Shown: one piece after another, positions 49,735 to 59,971 of the stretch | How positions within the stretch are numbered: position 1 is the stretch's first letter | Layout of the letters: each line of letters starts with the position of its first letter | Position numbers and translations under genes: made by a program | Source: Candidatus Omnitrophota bacterium | GTDB lineage: Bacteria; Omnitrophota; Omnitrophia; Omnitrophales; Aquincolibacteriaceae | Direction: 5' to 3' | Length of the DNA stretch: 64,000 nt | Assembly: GCA_023247035.1 (NCBI GenBank) | Contig: JAHFHG010000003.1 | Span: 15,081-79,080, forward strand | Notes under the pieces: model-generated | Databases searched by the model: none | What the model saw: only the letters and a program-made list of their open reading frames with translations | Told to the model about the DNA's origin: nothing

Positions 49735-49810
49735 CGCGATTATTTAACAGATTTTCGTACGTTCCATCGACTGCGAAGTGCCCCGTGTTAAGTTCTAAAC
49801 ACAACTTCCC

Positions 49811-51226
49811 ATGAAACTCAATTCTTCCAAAAGTCCTTCTCAGGGCGCCACGCTTTTTTTTATCGGCGGCTTGGCGGATATCGATTTGGCCACGAACCAA
49901 TCTTTAAAGAACACAATTAAATACTTGTCCGAGTTCGGTTATAACGCCCATTATTTTGGCGCTTTTCCCGCAGGTTATAAGATTCTTCAGGATCCCAAGA
50001 AGATTTTTAATGAGCGCGTTGTTTTTCACCGGTCGCCTCATTTTCTGACGCCCTTCTTTGATGGTGCGAAGTTTTTGAAAGATGCATTGGGGAGGCCGCG
50101 AAAGAAAGAACTGCAACTGAATCAGCTGAAGGCTGAGCGGAAAGTTAGATATACAGATGAATATAATCGGATAGCTCTTTTAGCTTATATGGGTTTTTTC
50201 TATATCTACTTAGCGATCGAGTCCTTTCGCGTGTTTTACTATACTCTTAAATTAAAACCGGACCTCTTTTACGGGATCGCAGGGCCGGGAAATGCTTTGG
50301 CGACACTCTTTGGTAAGCTCTTCGGTAAGCCTGCGATTCATCGATGGCAGGGATCTCACGGGTGTATGGCAGAAGACGTGCAAAGAAACAAGATACGGGT
50401 TTTCGACAAATTTATTCTTCCCGACTCCTCCTTTTCTTATTGGCTTCCATCCGATGCAGTAATTATGACGAATGACGGCTCGGGCGGAGACAAAAACTTG
50501 CGTTTATTGGGGATTCCGCCGGAGAAAATTCACTTTTTGATGAACGGGCTTGATCTCGAGGATATGACTCTTCCGCCCAATTGGGATCCTGAAGCGTTTA
50601 AAAGATCTCTGGGCCTTCAGGATAAAAAAATTTTGATTATGGTCTCACGTCTGGTCTTATGGAAACGAGTGGATCGAGGGATCAGATGTCTTGCTCATTT
50701 AGTGAATGAACTCGGGTTAAAAGATGTGGTATTGCTGATCTTGGGAGAAGGGCAAGTGAAAGCAAATCTGGAAGTACTTGCCAGAGAGCTTGGGCTTGCG
50801 GATCATGTGAGATTCGCGGGAGCAATCCCGCATAATCAGGTTGTCCAGTATTATTCCATCGCCGAGGCCTTTATCTCGCTTTATGACATTTCCAATATCG
50901 GAAACCCGCTTCTGGAGGCTATGTATTGCAGCTTGCCTATCTTTACGCTCGACGACGGCAGTGCGGATGAATTGCTCAAAGATGGGCAGAATGCTTTTTT
51001 GATCCCCTTTGAAAAGCTCGACAAAGAGTTGCCTTTAAAAGTCAAAGCCCTTTTAACGGACGAATCTTTGCGACTTAGAATCAGGGAGAATGTCAAAAAA
51101 ACGTTTCACGCCAAAGTTCTTTCCTGGGAAGACCGTATGGCAGTTGAAGATCAGATCATTCGAAAACTACTTTTATCCTCCAAATCGCCGGCTTTGGTTC
51201 CTCTCGCCGAAAATGTTTCAAAGTAA
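49811..51226 (+). CDS. GT4 glycosyltransferase
   Basis: MNGLD, SRLVLWKRVD, NPLLEAM. Confidence 0.88.
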   Translation: MKLNSSKSPSQGATLFFIGGLADIDLATNQSLKNTIKYLSEFGYNAHYFGAFPAGYKILQDPKKIFNERVVFHRSPHFLTPFFDGAKFLKDALGRPRKKELQLNQLKAERKVRYTDEYNRIALLAYMGFFYIYLAIESFRVFYYTLKLKPDLFYGIAGPGNALATLFGKLFGKPAIHRWQGSHGCMAEDVQRNKIRVFDKFILPDSSFSYWLPSDAVIMTNDGSGGDKNLRLLGIPPEKIHFLMNGLDLEDMTLPPNWDPEAFKRSLGLQDKKILIMVSRLVLWKRVDRGIRCLAHLVNELGLKDVVLLILGEGQVKANLEVLARELGLADHVRFAGAIPHNQVVQYYSIAEAFISLYDISNIGNPLLEAMYCSLPIFTLDDGSADELLKDGQNAFLIPFEKLDKELPLKVKALLTDESLRLRIRENVKKTFHAKVLSWEDRMAVEDQIIRKLLLSSKSPALVPLAENVSK

Positions 51227-52607
51227 ATCTGCTTCTACTCCTGAGACTCTTTTTTTTATCGGTGGTTTGACAGATATGGATCTTGCCAGCAATCAATCTG
51301 TTAAAAACACCCTGAAATACCTTTCCCAATTCGGCTACCTTATCCATTTTTTCAGCGCCTTTCCCGAGGATTACCGAATTCTGCAAAACCCCCAAGAGGC
51401 CTTAGGGGGGCGCGTCGTCTTTCACCGGACGCCCAGGTTTTTGACTCCTCTCTATGACTTTATTAAATTTTTGAAAGATATTTTAGGAATGCGCCGCAAA
51501 AAAAATAGCCGTAAAAAAATCAATCCGGCCGAAAAAATCCGATATTTTGACGAATACAATCTCATGGGGCGTTTGTTTTACATTGCGTTCTTCCTTTTCT
51601 ATGTTCCGGTTGAAATGATCCGCGTTTCTTTTTATTATTTTCAGCTCAAACCCCAACTTTTTTACGGGCTCAATGGCCAGGGAACCGCCTTGGCTTCTTT
51701 TTTAGGAAAGCTTTACCGCAAACCCACTATTCAAAGGTGGCACGGATCTTTCTACACCGAAGAAGATGTTAAGAAGATACAAACGCGGTGGATCGACAAG
51801 TTTCTCGCCCTTGACGGCGGATTTTCCAAATGGCTTCCATCGGATGCTGTCATCATCACCAATGATGGAACCCAAGGAGATAAAGTATTTCGCATGATCG
51901 GGGTTCCTCCAGAAAAAATCCATTTTTGGATGAACGGAATGGATCTGGAAGGCATGAGCCTGCCGCCGGATTGGGATACTCAAAGGTTCAAAGAAGGATT
52001 GAGCCTTTCCGGCAAAAAAATCGTGATGATGGCTTCCCGGCTGGTCTTATGGAAACGCGTCGACCGCGGGCTGGACTGTCTCTACCGCCTAGTGAACGAC
52101 TACGGAATGGACGACGTTGTGCTTCTCATTTTGGGGCAGGGACAGGAAGATGAGCCCCTGCAGGCCTTGACGAAGGCATTGAATCTTGAGCCGTATGTCC
52201 GGTTTTTAGGCGCCGTTCCCCACCCTCAAATGGCGAAATACTATTCGATTGCAGATGTCTTTTTAAATCTGTACGATGTTTCCAATCTCAGCAATCCTTT
52301 ATTAGAAGCGATGTGCTGCGGCGCGCCCATAGTGACGCTTGACGATGGAAGTACGGCCGGATTGCTTCAAGAGGGCGTCAATGCTTTTTTAGTCCCTCAC
52401 GAGAAACTGGAAACGGATTTACCCTTGAGAGTCAGAGATCTTTTGACGGATGCCTCCTTAAGACGGCGGATTCAAGAGAACGCAAAAAAAAGCTTCCATG
52501 AAAAAGTTCTTTCCTGGCGTGAGCGAATGCTCCTTGAGCACGAGCTTCTTCAAGGCTTTATGCCCAAGCAGAAAAAAGTTGTTTCGGAAGCTCAAGTCCT
52601 CGTGTGA
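51213..52607 (+). CDS. GT4 glycosyltransferase, tandem paralog
   Basis: Same motifs; alignment to the paralog supports ATG 51213. Confidence 0.88.
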   Translation: MFQSKSASTPETLFFIGGLTDMDLASNQSVKNTLKYLSQFGYLIHFFSAFPEDYRILQNPQEALGGRVVFHRTPRFLTPLYDFIKFLKDILGMRRKKNSRKKINPAEKIRYFDEYNLMGRLFYIAFFLFYVPVEMIRVSFYYFQLKPQLFYGLNGQGTALASFLGKLYRKPTIQRWHGSFYTEEDVKKIQTRWIDKFLALDGGFSKWLPSDAVIITNDGTQGDKVFRMIGVPPEKIHFWMNGMDLEGMSLPPDWDTQRFKEGLSLSGKKIVMMASRLVLWKRVDRGLDCLYRLVNDYGMDDVVLLILGQGQEDEPLQALTKALNLEPYVRFLGAVPHPQMAKYYSIADVFLNLYDVSNLSNPLLEAMCCGAPIVTLDDGSTAGLLQEGVNAFLVPHEKLETDLPLRVRDLLTDASLRRRIQENAKKSFHEKVLSWRERMLLEHELLQGFMPKQKKVVSEAQVLV

Positions 52608-52610
52608 AAG

Positions 52611-53654
52611 ATGAACCCCGAAGAAGAATTGCCTTTCGCGTCACTGATTGTCCCTTGCCGGAATGAACAAAAGCACATTGCGGCCTGCCTCGATTCTATT
52701 TTAAATAATGATTATCCTCGCGGCCGTCTTGAAATTATTGTGGTAGACGGCTTAAGCGAAGACGGCACCCGAAGTATTTTGGAATCTTACCGCCGCAAAT
52801 ATCCTTTTATCCAAATCTTGGATAATCCGAAATGCTATGTTTCTTCGGCGATGAATCGCGGTCTTAGGCAGGCGAAAGGGGGCATCATTTTTAAGATGGA
52901 TGCCCATGCCGACTACCCGCCGGATTATCTTACTCAATGCGCCGGTTTTCTCTGCAAAACTCAAGCGCAAAACGTCGGGGGGAAATTTGTGGTGCGTCCG
53001 GGAGATCAAACGAAAGTGGCGAAAGGGATCGCGCTTGCTATGGGGCACCCGTTCGGAGGCGGCAACTATTATCGCTGGATGCATGCCCGCCGGTCGCCTA
53101 CCGAAGTGGAAACCGTTTCTTTTGGATGTTTTAAAAAAAAATTTTTCGATCAACACGGCCTTTCTTTTAATGAAAACTTAGCGAGAGGGGAAGATGTGGA
53201 AATCAATGCCCGCATCAAAAGGCTGGGCGGTAAAGTTATCTTTACTCCGGACATTCAATTCAATTATTATTGCCGGGCGGGTTTGAAGGAGTTCTGGAGG
53301 CATCAATACAGTTCCGGATTCTGGAATGTTTATGGAGCGCGGTACGGCACTCGATTGACGGTCCGCGCCCTGATTCCTTTGACGGCTCTCTTAACGTTGG
53401 GAGCAATGACCGTGCTTTCGACTTTATTTCCGCAATCCCTTGCGGTTCTCTCCTTATTGATTACATTGTATTTGATAATAAACCTCGGGATTTCCTTGAA
53501 ACTGGCTTGGAAACAAAAAGAACCTGTTTTTTTCATTTTAATGCCTATTGTTTTTGCAACCCTCCACCTCAGTTTTGCCTGCGGGGCTTTTCGCGGGACG
53601 TTGAAAAAATATGCGCACGCTTTCCAACCTCAAGCCGCCTTCGCAAAGACCTAG
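52611..53654 (+). CDS. GT2 glycosyltransferase (ExoA-like) with C-terminal TMs
   Basis: VPCRNE, VDGLSEDGT, MDAH, GEDVE. Confidence 0.9.
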   Translation: MNPEEELPFASLIVPCRNEQKHIAACLDSILNNDYPRGRLEIIVVDGLSEDGTRSILESYRRKYPFIQILDNPKCYVSSAMNRGLRQAKGGIIFKMDAHADYPPDYLTQCAGFLCKTQAQNVGGKFVVRPGDQTKVAKGIALAMGHPFGGGNYYRWMHARRSPTEVETVSFGCFKKKFFDQHGLSFNENLARGEDVEINARIKRLGGKVIFTPDIQFNYYCRAGLKEFWRHQYSSGFWNVYGARYGTRLTVRALIPLTALLTLGAMTVLSTLFPQSLAVLSLLITLYLIINLGISLKLAWKQKEPVFFILMPIVFATLHLSFACGAFRGTLKKYAHAFQPQAAFAKT

Positions 53655-54468
53655 CCTTCAAGGCCTTCGGGTCGCTTTTCTGATGAGCGTCTACCGGGAG
53701 GAGCGCCCTGAATTCCTCCGGCAATCCCTTGAAAGTATGTGCCGGCAAACCTACGGCAATCTGGACATCCATATTTTTGAGGACGGAAATCTGGGGGAGG
53801 AGCTTTCGCAAGTTTTGTTTTTTTATGGGGGCCGGCATTCGAATTTATTTTTTCACCGGCACGCAGAAAATCGCGGGCTGGCGGTATGCCTCAATGAATT
53901 GATCGAAAAATTGAAAGACAGCTACGATTATTTTGCCAGAATGGACTCCGATGACGTTTCTTTCCCTGACCGGGTGCAGAAACAGGTGGAGTTCCTGGAA
54001 GCTCATCCCGAGATCGATGTGGTCGGCGGCTCGATTTTGGACATCGATGAATCCGGCCGGTATCTTAAAGAGGTCCGTTATCCCGAAGACCATCAAACAA
54101 TCGTGAAATTTTTTCAAAAACGAAACCCGATGGCCCACGCGGCCGTGATGTACCGCAGAAGCTATTTCGAAAAGGCGGGGCTTTATCCTCCGGTCCGGCT
54201 GGAGGACGGGTTGTACTGGATGCAGGGCATCATGGCAGGGTGCCGGTTCCACAATATCCCGGATTTCCTTTTGGGCGTCCGGCGCACCGAGGATTTTCTC
54301 AAGCGAAGATCTGGATTGAAGAAAGCCTGGGATGAGTTTAAAATCAAGCTCACCATTAACCGCCGACTGGGGTTTGGGGCAGTCGCTTATCTTTACTCCG
54401 TAGCGATTTTTCTCATGCAGCTCTTGCCCATTCCGATTAAAAAAATTTTGTATGAAAAATTACGATAA
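53611..54468 (+). CDS. GT2 glycosyltransferase (AmsE/WbbD-like)
   Basis: LMSVY, NRGLA, ARMDSDD, LEDG. Confidence 0.9.
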   Translation: MRTLSNLKPPSQRPSLQGLRVAFLMSVYREERPEFLRQSLESMCRQTYGNLDIHIFEDGNLGEELSQVLFFYGGRHSNLFFHRHAENRGLAVCLNELIEKLKDSYDYFARMDSDDVSFPDRVQKQVEFLEAHPEIDVVGGSILDIDESGRYLKEVRYPEDHQTIVKFFQKRNPMAHAAVMYRRSYFEKAGLYPPVRLEDGLYWMQGIMAGCRFHNIPDFLLGVRRTEDFLKRRSGLKKAWDEFKIKLTINRRLGFGAVAYLYSVAIFLMQLLPIPIKKILYEKLR

Positions 54469-55177
54469 AATACGCAACGCGAGCGCGCGGGACGGGCGAC
54501 TGTCCGGCTATTTCGTGCTCAAGCGGTCGCTTGATGTCCTGTTTTCTTTGTTTGCGGTGATTCTCTTGGCGCCGCTTTTTTTCGGGATTGCGGCGTGGAT
54601 CAAGAGGGAGTCGCACGGCCCCGTATTTTTCTCCGGCTTGCGCATCGGAAAAAACGGCCGGCCGTTTCGAATGCTGAAGTTTCGGACCATGATTGCGGAT
54701 GCGGATAAAATCGGCGGCTCTTCAACCCCTGGAGATGACCCGCGCCTTACCCGGGTCGGAAAATTTCTAAGACGGTACAAACTCGACGAACTGCCGCAAT
54801 TTTTGAACGTTCTCCGGGGGGAGATGAGTTTTGTGGGGCCGCGGCCTCAAGTGGAGTGGGCGGTCAAGCTTTACACGGAGGAGGAAAAGGCCGTGATGGG
54901 CGTTTCCCCAGGCATTACAGACTTCGCCTCCATCCGGTTTCGGAACGAAGCGGAAATCCTCCGCGGCAGCAGGAATCCGGATCAAGATTACCTTGAAAAA
55001 ATCGCGCCCGAAAAAATGCGCCTCGCCTTGGAATATGTCAGGAAACAATCTTTGGGAGTGGATTTAAAAATCATTTTAGCGACTGCAGGCACGTTGCTCG
55101 GGCTGCCGCCGGATTGGATTTTTAGAGGCTCCGAGGCGGGCAAAAAAGAACTTATCCCCGAAAATCAAACATCTTAG
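54452..55177 (+). CDS. Initiating phosphoglycosyl transferase (Bac_transf, PglC-type monotopic)
   Basis: KRSLD, KFRTM, DDPR, LDELPQ, GEMSFVGPRP, PGIT. Confidence 0.95.
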   Translation: MKNYDKIRNASARDGRLSGYFVLKRSLDVLFSLFAVILLAPLFFGIAAWIKRESHGPVFFSGLRIGKNGRPFRMLKFRTMIADADKIGGSSTPGDDPRLTRVGKFLRRYKLDELPQFLNVLRGEMSFVGPRPQVEWAVKLYTEEEKAVMGVSPGITDFASIRFRNEAEILRGSRNPDQDYLEKIAPEKMRLALEYVRKQSLGVDLKIILATAGTLLGLPPDWIFRGSEAGKKELIPENQTS

Positions 55178-55192
55178 TGAAGGGGAAACGCT

Positions 55193-55993
55193 TTGGTCAA
55201 ACCGCAAGAATTAAAAAAAGGAAATTCCCGGACTCAAAGAGACGGAGTGAAGTCCTTTAAAACGGAAGCCGAACGCCAAGTTGGAAAAAATATCGAGCGC
55301 ATCTTTACCGAAAGTTCCGACAGCGTCGAGATCAAGCTCCGGAATTTTCCCAAATATGTGGGAAGGCAGCACCTCAAACGTTTCTTGGCCTTCTATGAAA
55401 TTTTTAAACGTGTCCTGCCCGTGAAAGGATCCGTTGTCGAGTGCGGCGTTTTTCGGGGATTTGGATTGATGTCCTGGGCCAAGCTGAGCACGATACTGGA
55501 GCCTGAAAATTTGACCCGCCGCATTTACGGCTTCGATACTTTTGAAGGGTTCCCTTCGATCCATCCCAAGGACCAAAGCGGCTACCAAAAGAGCGGAAGC
55601 GGGGACTTCGCAACGCAGAGTTACGACGAACTGCTCCAGCTCATCGGCGAGTATGACAACGACCGGTTTTTGGGATATTTTGAAAAAGTAAAATTGATTC
55701 GCGGCGACATGACCAAGACGATCCCGGATTTTATAAAAGATAATCGGCATTTGATTGTCAGTTTATTGTTTCTGGATTGCGATCTCTATGAACCCACTCG
55801 AGCCGCCCTCCAGCATTTCCTGCCTCGAATGCCGCGGGGAGCCGTTCTGGCGTTTGATGAGCTGGATAATCCGATTTGGCCCGGTGAGACGACGGCGCTT
55901 TTGGAAAATTTTGGAATTCGCAACCTTAAACTCGAGCGTCTGGAATGGGACCCTTATATCAGCTACGCTGTGCTGGACCGGAAAAATCGATGA
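55193..55993 (+). CDS. TylF/MycF/NovP-family O-methyltransferase
   Basis: VECGVFRG, YGFDTFEGFP, LDCDLYEPT, FDEL. Confidence 0.88.
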   Translation: MVKPQELKKGNSRTQRDGVKSFKTEAERQVGKNIERIFTESSDSVEIKLRNFPKYVGRQHLKRFLAFYEIFKRVLPVKGSVVECGVFRGFGLMSWAKLSTILEPENLTRRIYGFDTFEGFPSIHPKDQSGYQKSGSGDFATQSYDELLQLIGEYDNDRFLGYFEKVKLIRGDMTKTIPDFIKDNRHLIVSLLFLDCDLYEPTRAALQHFLPRMPRGAVLAFDELDNPIWPGETTALLENFGIRNLKLERLEWDPYISYAVLDRKNR

Positions 55994-56838
55994 ATCCTGC
56001 AAGCGGAAAAGTTCTTCGCAAACAAAAACTGTATCCCTCGCTCGCCAAAAGGATCCGGCAGAATGTGCTGCAGATGACGCACGACGCCCGGAGTTCCCAT
56101 GTCGGCACTTCGCTTTCAATGGCCGATCTCCTGGCGGTCCTTTACGGCGGCATTTTACGCGTGCGGCCCGAGGAGCCGGATTGGCCCGCGCGCGACCGGT
56201 TCATTCTCAGCAAGGGGCACGGCTGCGCCGGCCTGTACGCGGCGCTGGCCGAGAGGGGATTTTTTCCCCGGGCCTGGCTCGAGAATTTTTATCAAAATGG
56301 CTCGCGCCTTGCCGGACATGCGACTCACCACGGCGTCCCGGGAGTTGAGGTTTCGACCGGATCTTTGGGGCACGGTTTGCCGATGGCCTGCGGAATGGCG
56401 GTGGCCGGCAAGCGGGGCGGTGAAGATTACCGTGTTTTTGCGCTCTTGAGCGACGGCGAGTGTGACGAAGGTTCGGTTTGGGAAGCGGCCTTGTTCGCCT
56501 CGCACCATAAACTCGACCATTTGACTGTGATTGTGGATTACAACAAAATCCAAAGCCTCGGAGCAGTGAAAGATATTCTGTCCCTAGATCCTTTCATCGC
56601 CAAATGGGAGGCCTTCGGCTGGAGCGCGCGCGAGATTGACGGCCACGATACGGACAAAATCGAAAAGGCCTTTAAAGAAATGCCTTTCAAAGAAGGGAAG
56701 CCGAGCTGTTTGATCGCCCACACTTTGAAAGGCAAGGGAGTCGGCTTCATGGAAAATGCGCTTCTTTGGCATTACCGTTCGCCTGACGTTGAAGAGTTGA
56801 GGCGCGCCTTGAAAGAATTGGACGGGGGCGAAGAATGA
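55990..56838 (+). CDS. Transketolase N-terminal (ThDP-binding) subunit
   Basis: SHVG, LSKGH, TGSLGHG, SDGECDEG..YN, TLKGKG. Confidence 0.93.
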   Translation: MNPASGKVLRKQKLYPSLAKRIRQNVLQMTHDARSSHVGTSLSMADLLAVLYGGILRVRPEEPDWPARDRFILSKGHGCAGLYAALAERGFFPRAWLENFYQNGSRLAGHATHHGVPGVEVSTGSLGHGLPMACGMAVAGKRGGEDYRVFALLSDGECDEGSVWEAALFASHHKLDHLTVIVDYNKIQSLGAVKDILSLDPFIAKWEAFGWSAREIDGHDTDKIEKAFKEMPFKEGKPSCLIAHTLKGKGVGFMENALLWHYRSPDVEELRRALKELDGGEE

Positions 56839-57767
56839 GGACCGCTTTTTTCCGTACGCTCCTGGATTTAGCGGCGCAGGATGAGCGGATCCACCTTGTC
56901 GTCGCTGATATCGGTTTCGGCGCGGTCGAGCCCTTTGCAGAAAGGTATCCCGACCGCTTTCTTAATGTGGGAGTGGCGGAACAGAATATGATCGGGATCT
57001 CCGCGGGCCTGGCATTAAGCGGCAAGGTTGTCTTTGCTTATTCGATCAGTAATTTCCCAACGCTGCGCTGCCTGGAACAAATCCGCAACGACGTTTGTTA
57101 TCATAATGCAAGCGTCAAAGTTGTGGCGGTCGGCGGAGGATTCACCTACGGCGCTTTGGGGATGTCTCACCACGTTACGGAAGACATCGCCATTTTGAGA
57201 GCGCTTCCCAATATGACGGTCGTGGCCCCCGGAGATCCGGTGGAAACGGAATACGCAACCCGCGCCCTGGCCGCTTATCAAGGCCCTTGCTATTTGCGGC
57301 TGGGAAGGGCAGGAGAGCCGGTCATTCATAAACAAGGAATTGATTTTCAATTGGGGAAGGCGATTGAGGTTCGTCCCGGAAGTGACCTGACTTTGATTTC
57401 GACGGGCGGCCTCTTGGAAATCGCGGTTCAAGCCGCGGAGGCCTTGGAGGCTTGCGGGGCGCAAGTGCGCGTGCTCAGTATGCCTACGGTAAAGCCTTTG
57501 GATCAGGAAGCCGTGCTTGCCGCCGCCCGGGAAACGCCTGCGATCGCGACGCTGGAAGAGCACAGCGTGCTCGGAGGGCTCGGAGGAGCGGTCGCTGAAG
57601 TCCTGGCTGAATCCCTAGCAGAAAAGGTTCTTTTTAAAAGGTTAGGCCTGCCTTCGGTTTTTTCCTCCCACATTGGCGATCAGAATTATTTACGCGCAGC
57701 TTACGGTCTTTCGAAAAGCGGCATTGTGGAATCTTTGAAATCCCTTTTAGACCTCGTGCGAAAATGA
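56835..57767 (+). CDS. Transketolase C-terminal subunit
   Basis: NVGVAEQ, EQIRND, SHH, YLRL, KPLD, EEH..GGLG. Confidence 0.93.
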   Translation: MRTAFFRTLLDLAAQDERIHLVVADIGFGAVEPFAERYPDRFLNVGVAEQNMIGISAGLALSGKVVFAYSISNFPTLRCLEQIRNDVCYHNASVKVVAVGGGFTYGALGMSHHVTEDIAILRALPNMTVVAPGDPVETEYATRALAAYQGPCYLRLGRAGEPVIHKQGIDFQLGKAIEVRPGSDLTLISTGGLLEIAVQAAEALEACGAQVRVLSMPTVKPLDQEAVLAAARETPAIATLEEHSVLGGLGGAVAEVLAESLAEKVLFKRLGLPSVFSSHIGDQNYLRAAYGLSKSGIVESLKSLLDLVRK

Positions 57768-58906
57768 CGGCTCTCCTTCCTTTGAAAACCCAGCCGGGCT
57801 GGAAAGTCCGCTTCGTGGATTATCCCCGGCAATTCCGGAAAATGGAAACCGAAATCATGGAGACAATCCATTCGGTCCTCTCGCAGGGCGATCTCATCCT
57901 CCGCCGGCAATTGCTGGATTTCGAAAGCGGTTTCGCGGAATTCGTCGGGACGCGTTTTGCCGTCGGATTGAGCAATTGCACGGACGCGATTCATCTGTCT
58001 CTCCGGGCCGCAGGCATCAAAGCCGGGGACGAGGTGATTACGGTTTCGCATACTTTTGTCGCCACGGCTGCCGCAATCCATCATGCGGGAGCTGTCCCGG
58101 TGCTTGTCGATATCGGCGACGACCACAATATGGATGTCCGTCTTTTGGAGAAGGCGATCACGCCAAAGACGCGCGCGATTGTGCCCGTCCATTTAAACGG
58201 CCGGCTTTGCGATATGGACCCGCTCATGACGGTTGCGGAAAAGCACGGTTTGATTGTGATCGAAGATTCGGCGCAGGCGCTGGGGGCTTCTTATCGAGAC
58301 AAACGCGGCGGATCATTCGGCGCTGCGGGATGCTTCAGTTTTTATCCCGCCAAACTGCTCGGCGCTTTTGGAGACGCCGGCGCCCTGACGACCCATAGTG
58401 AAGAAATCGCGGAAAAAGTGCGCTCGCTCCGGGATCACGGGCGAAACAAGGCAGGAGATATCGACGGCTGGTCTTTTAATTGCCGGATGGACAATCTCCA
58501 GGCCGCGCTGCTGAATCTCAAATTGGCGCGGCTTTCGGAATGTATTGCGCGAAGGCGGGAAATCGCCCGGCTGTATCACGAGCGCTTATCGTCCGTTACC
58601 GAGCTGCGTTTGCCTCCGCCTCCGGGAGCGAGCGGAATTTATTACGACGTATTTCAAAACTACGAGATCGAGGCTCCACAAAGAGACAAACTGGTTTCTT
58701 TTTTGAAAGAAAAAGGAATTGAGATCCTTATTCCCTGGGGCGGCAAAGGCGTGCATCAATTCAAGGCTTTGGGGCTTTCGGACTTTGAGCTGCCGCGCAC
58801 GGAGCGCCTTTTTCGAAACGTCCTGATGCTGCCGCTGCACACGGAATTAACCGACGATCAAATCGAATACGTGAGCGATGTTGTCCGCAAATTCTACGGC
58901 TGTTAA
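57764..58906 (+). CDS. DegT/DnrJ aminotransferase
   Basis: NCTDA, VHLNG, EDSAQA, SFYPAKLLG. Confidence 0.92.
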   Translation: MTALLPLKTQPGWKVRFVDYPRQFRKMETEIMETIHSVLSQGDLILRRQLLDFESGFAEFVGTRFAVGLSNCTDAIHLSLRAAGIKAGDEVITVSHTFVATAAAIHHAGAVPVLVDIGDDHNMDVRLLEKAITPKTRAIVPVHLNGRLCDMDPLMTVAEKHGLIVIEDSAQALGASYRDKRGGSFGAAGCFSFYPAKLLGAFGDAGALTTHSEEIAEKVRSLRDHGRNKAGDIDGWSFNCRMDNLQAALLNLKLARLSECIARRREIARLYHERLSSVTELRLPPPPGASGIYYDVFQNYEIEAPQRDKLVSFLKEKGIEILIPWGGKGVHQFKALGLSDFELPRTERLFRNVLMLPLHTELTDDQIEYVSDVVRKFYGC

Positions 58907-59705
58907 AAAAGAAAACGGGACCGTGATCAGGCCGGACTTCACCACGGTCACGGAAATGCCCGGCAGCCGGGCCTCCCGCGAACAACTTTCGATGCTTTAT
59001 ACGCGCTATCACTTTGCGGCCTCGTTTTGCGCGGAAAAAGATGTTCTCGAGGCGGCGTGCGGCGCCGGCCCGGGATTAGGCTATCTGGGACGCCGCGCGA
59101 AAAAGGTTATTGGAATCGATATTGATGCACGCAATTTGAGTGTTGCGCAAAGCCACTATCGGGGAAGGCAGAATATTGAGCTGCTTTCTATGGATGCTCA
59201 CACTCTGGAATTTGAGGACGCATCGTTTGATGTCATCATCCTCTTTGAAGCTATTTATTACCTCAACCAGCCCCGGAGGTTTCTGGCGGAATGCCGCCGT
59301 GTTCTAAGAGACGGGGGAACGCTGCTTCTCAATACCGTGAATCCGGAATGGCGCGATTTTAATCCAAGCCCTTTCAGCACGCGTTATTTTGGGGCCCGCG
59401 AATTGCGTGATCTGCTTGAAAGTTCCAATCTTAAGGCGAATCTTTTCGGAGCCTTTCCGGGCTCCGGCTCTTCATTGAGATTTAAAACCATTTCATTTCT
59501 CAAACGGACCGCCGGAAATCTGGGGCTTATTCCAAAAACAATGAAGGACAAGGAATCCTTGAAACGCATTTTTTTCGGAAGGCTGGAGCCGTTTCCGTCC
59601 GAGGTCCGGGAGGCGATGGCTCAATATGCGGCGCCTGTTCCTCTTCCGATCGATGGCCCGGTCCCTCAATATAAAGTTCTTTACGCCGCCGGCAGAAAAA
59701 GATGA
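58878..59705 (+). CDS. Class I SAM-dependent methyltransferase (alt start 58923)
   Basis: VLEAACGAG, GIDID, FDVI..EAIYY. Confidence 0.88.
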   Translation: MLSANSTAVKKENGTVIRPDFTTVTEMPGSRASREQLSMLYTRYHFAASFCAEKDVLEAACGAGPGLGYLGRRAKKVIGIDIDARNLSVAQSHYRGRQNIELLSMDAHTLEFEDASFDVIILFEAIYYLNQPRRFLAECRRVLRDGGTLLLNTVNPEWRDFNPSPFSTRYFGARELRDLLESSNLKANLFGAFPGSGSSLRFKTISFLKRTAGNLGLIPKTMKDKESLKRIFFGRLEPFPSEVREAMAQYAAPVPLPIDGPVPQYKVLYAAGRKR

Positions 59706-59971
59706 AGGCTTCAAATAGAAAAATCGCGGGGCTTGATCTTGATAGAAGGAGGAAATTCTTTTATAAGCAATGTCTCGTATGCTACTATAAAGGCTGAAAA
59801 AATAGATTGAATGTCCGGACGGTTGGAATATTCCTTCATCGAGGCATCCCTGCGTATCGGGTGGATTTCCAAGCAGAAGGAAGGCTCGATTGAGCGGTTC
59901 CGTAAGTAAAAAGAAACCTTTTAATAAAAAAATCGATCGCCGAAGCTGTCACCTATCGGAAACATTTAAGT

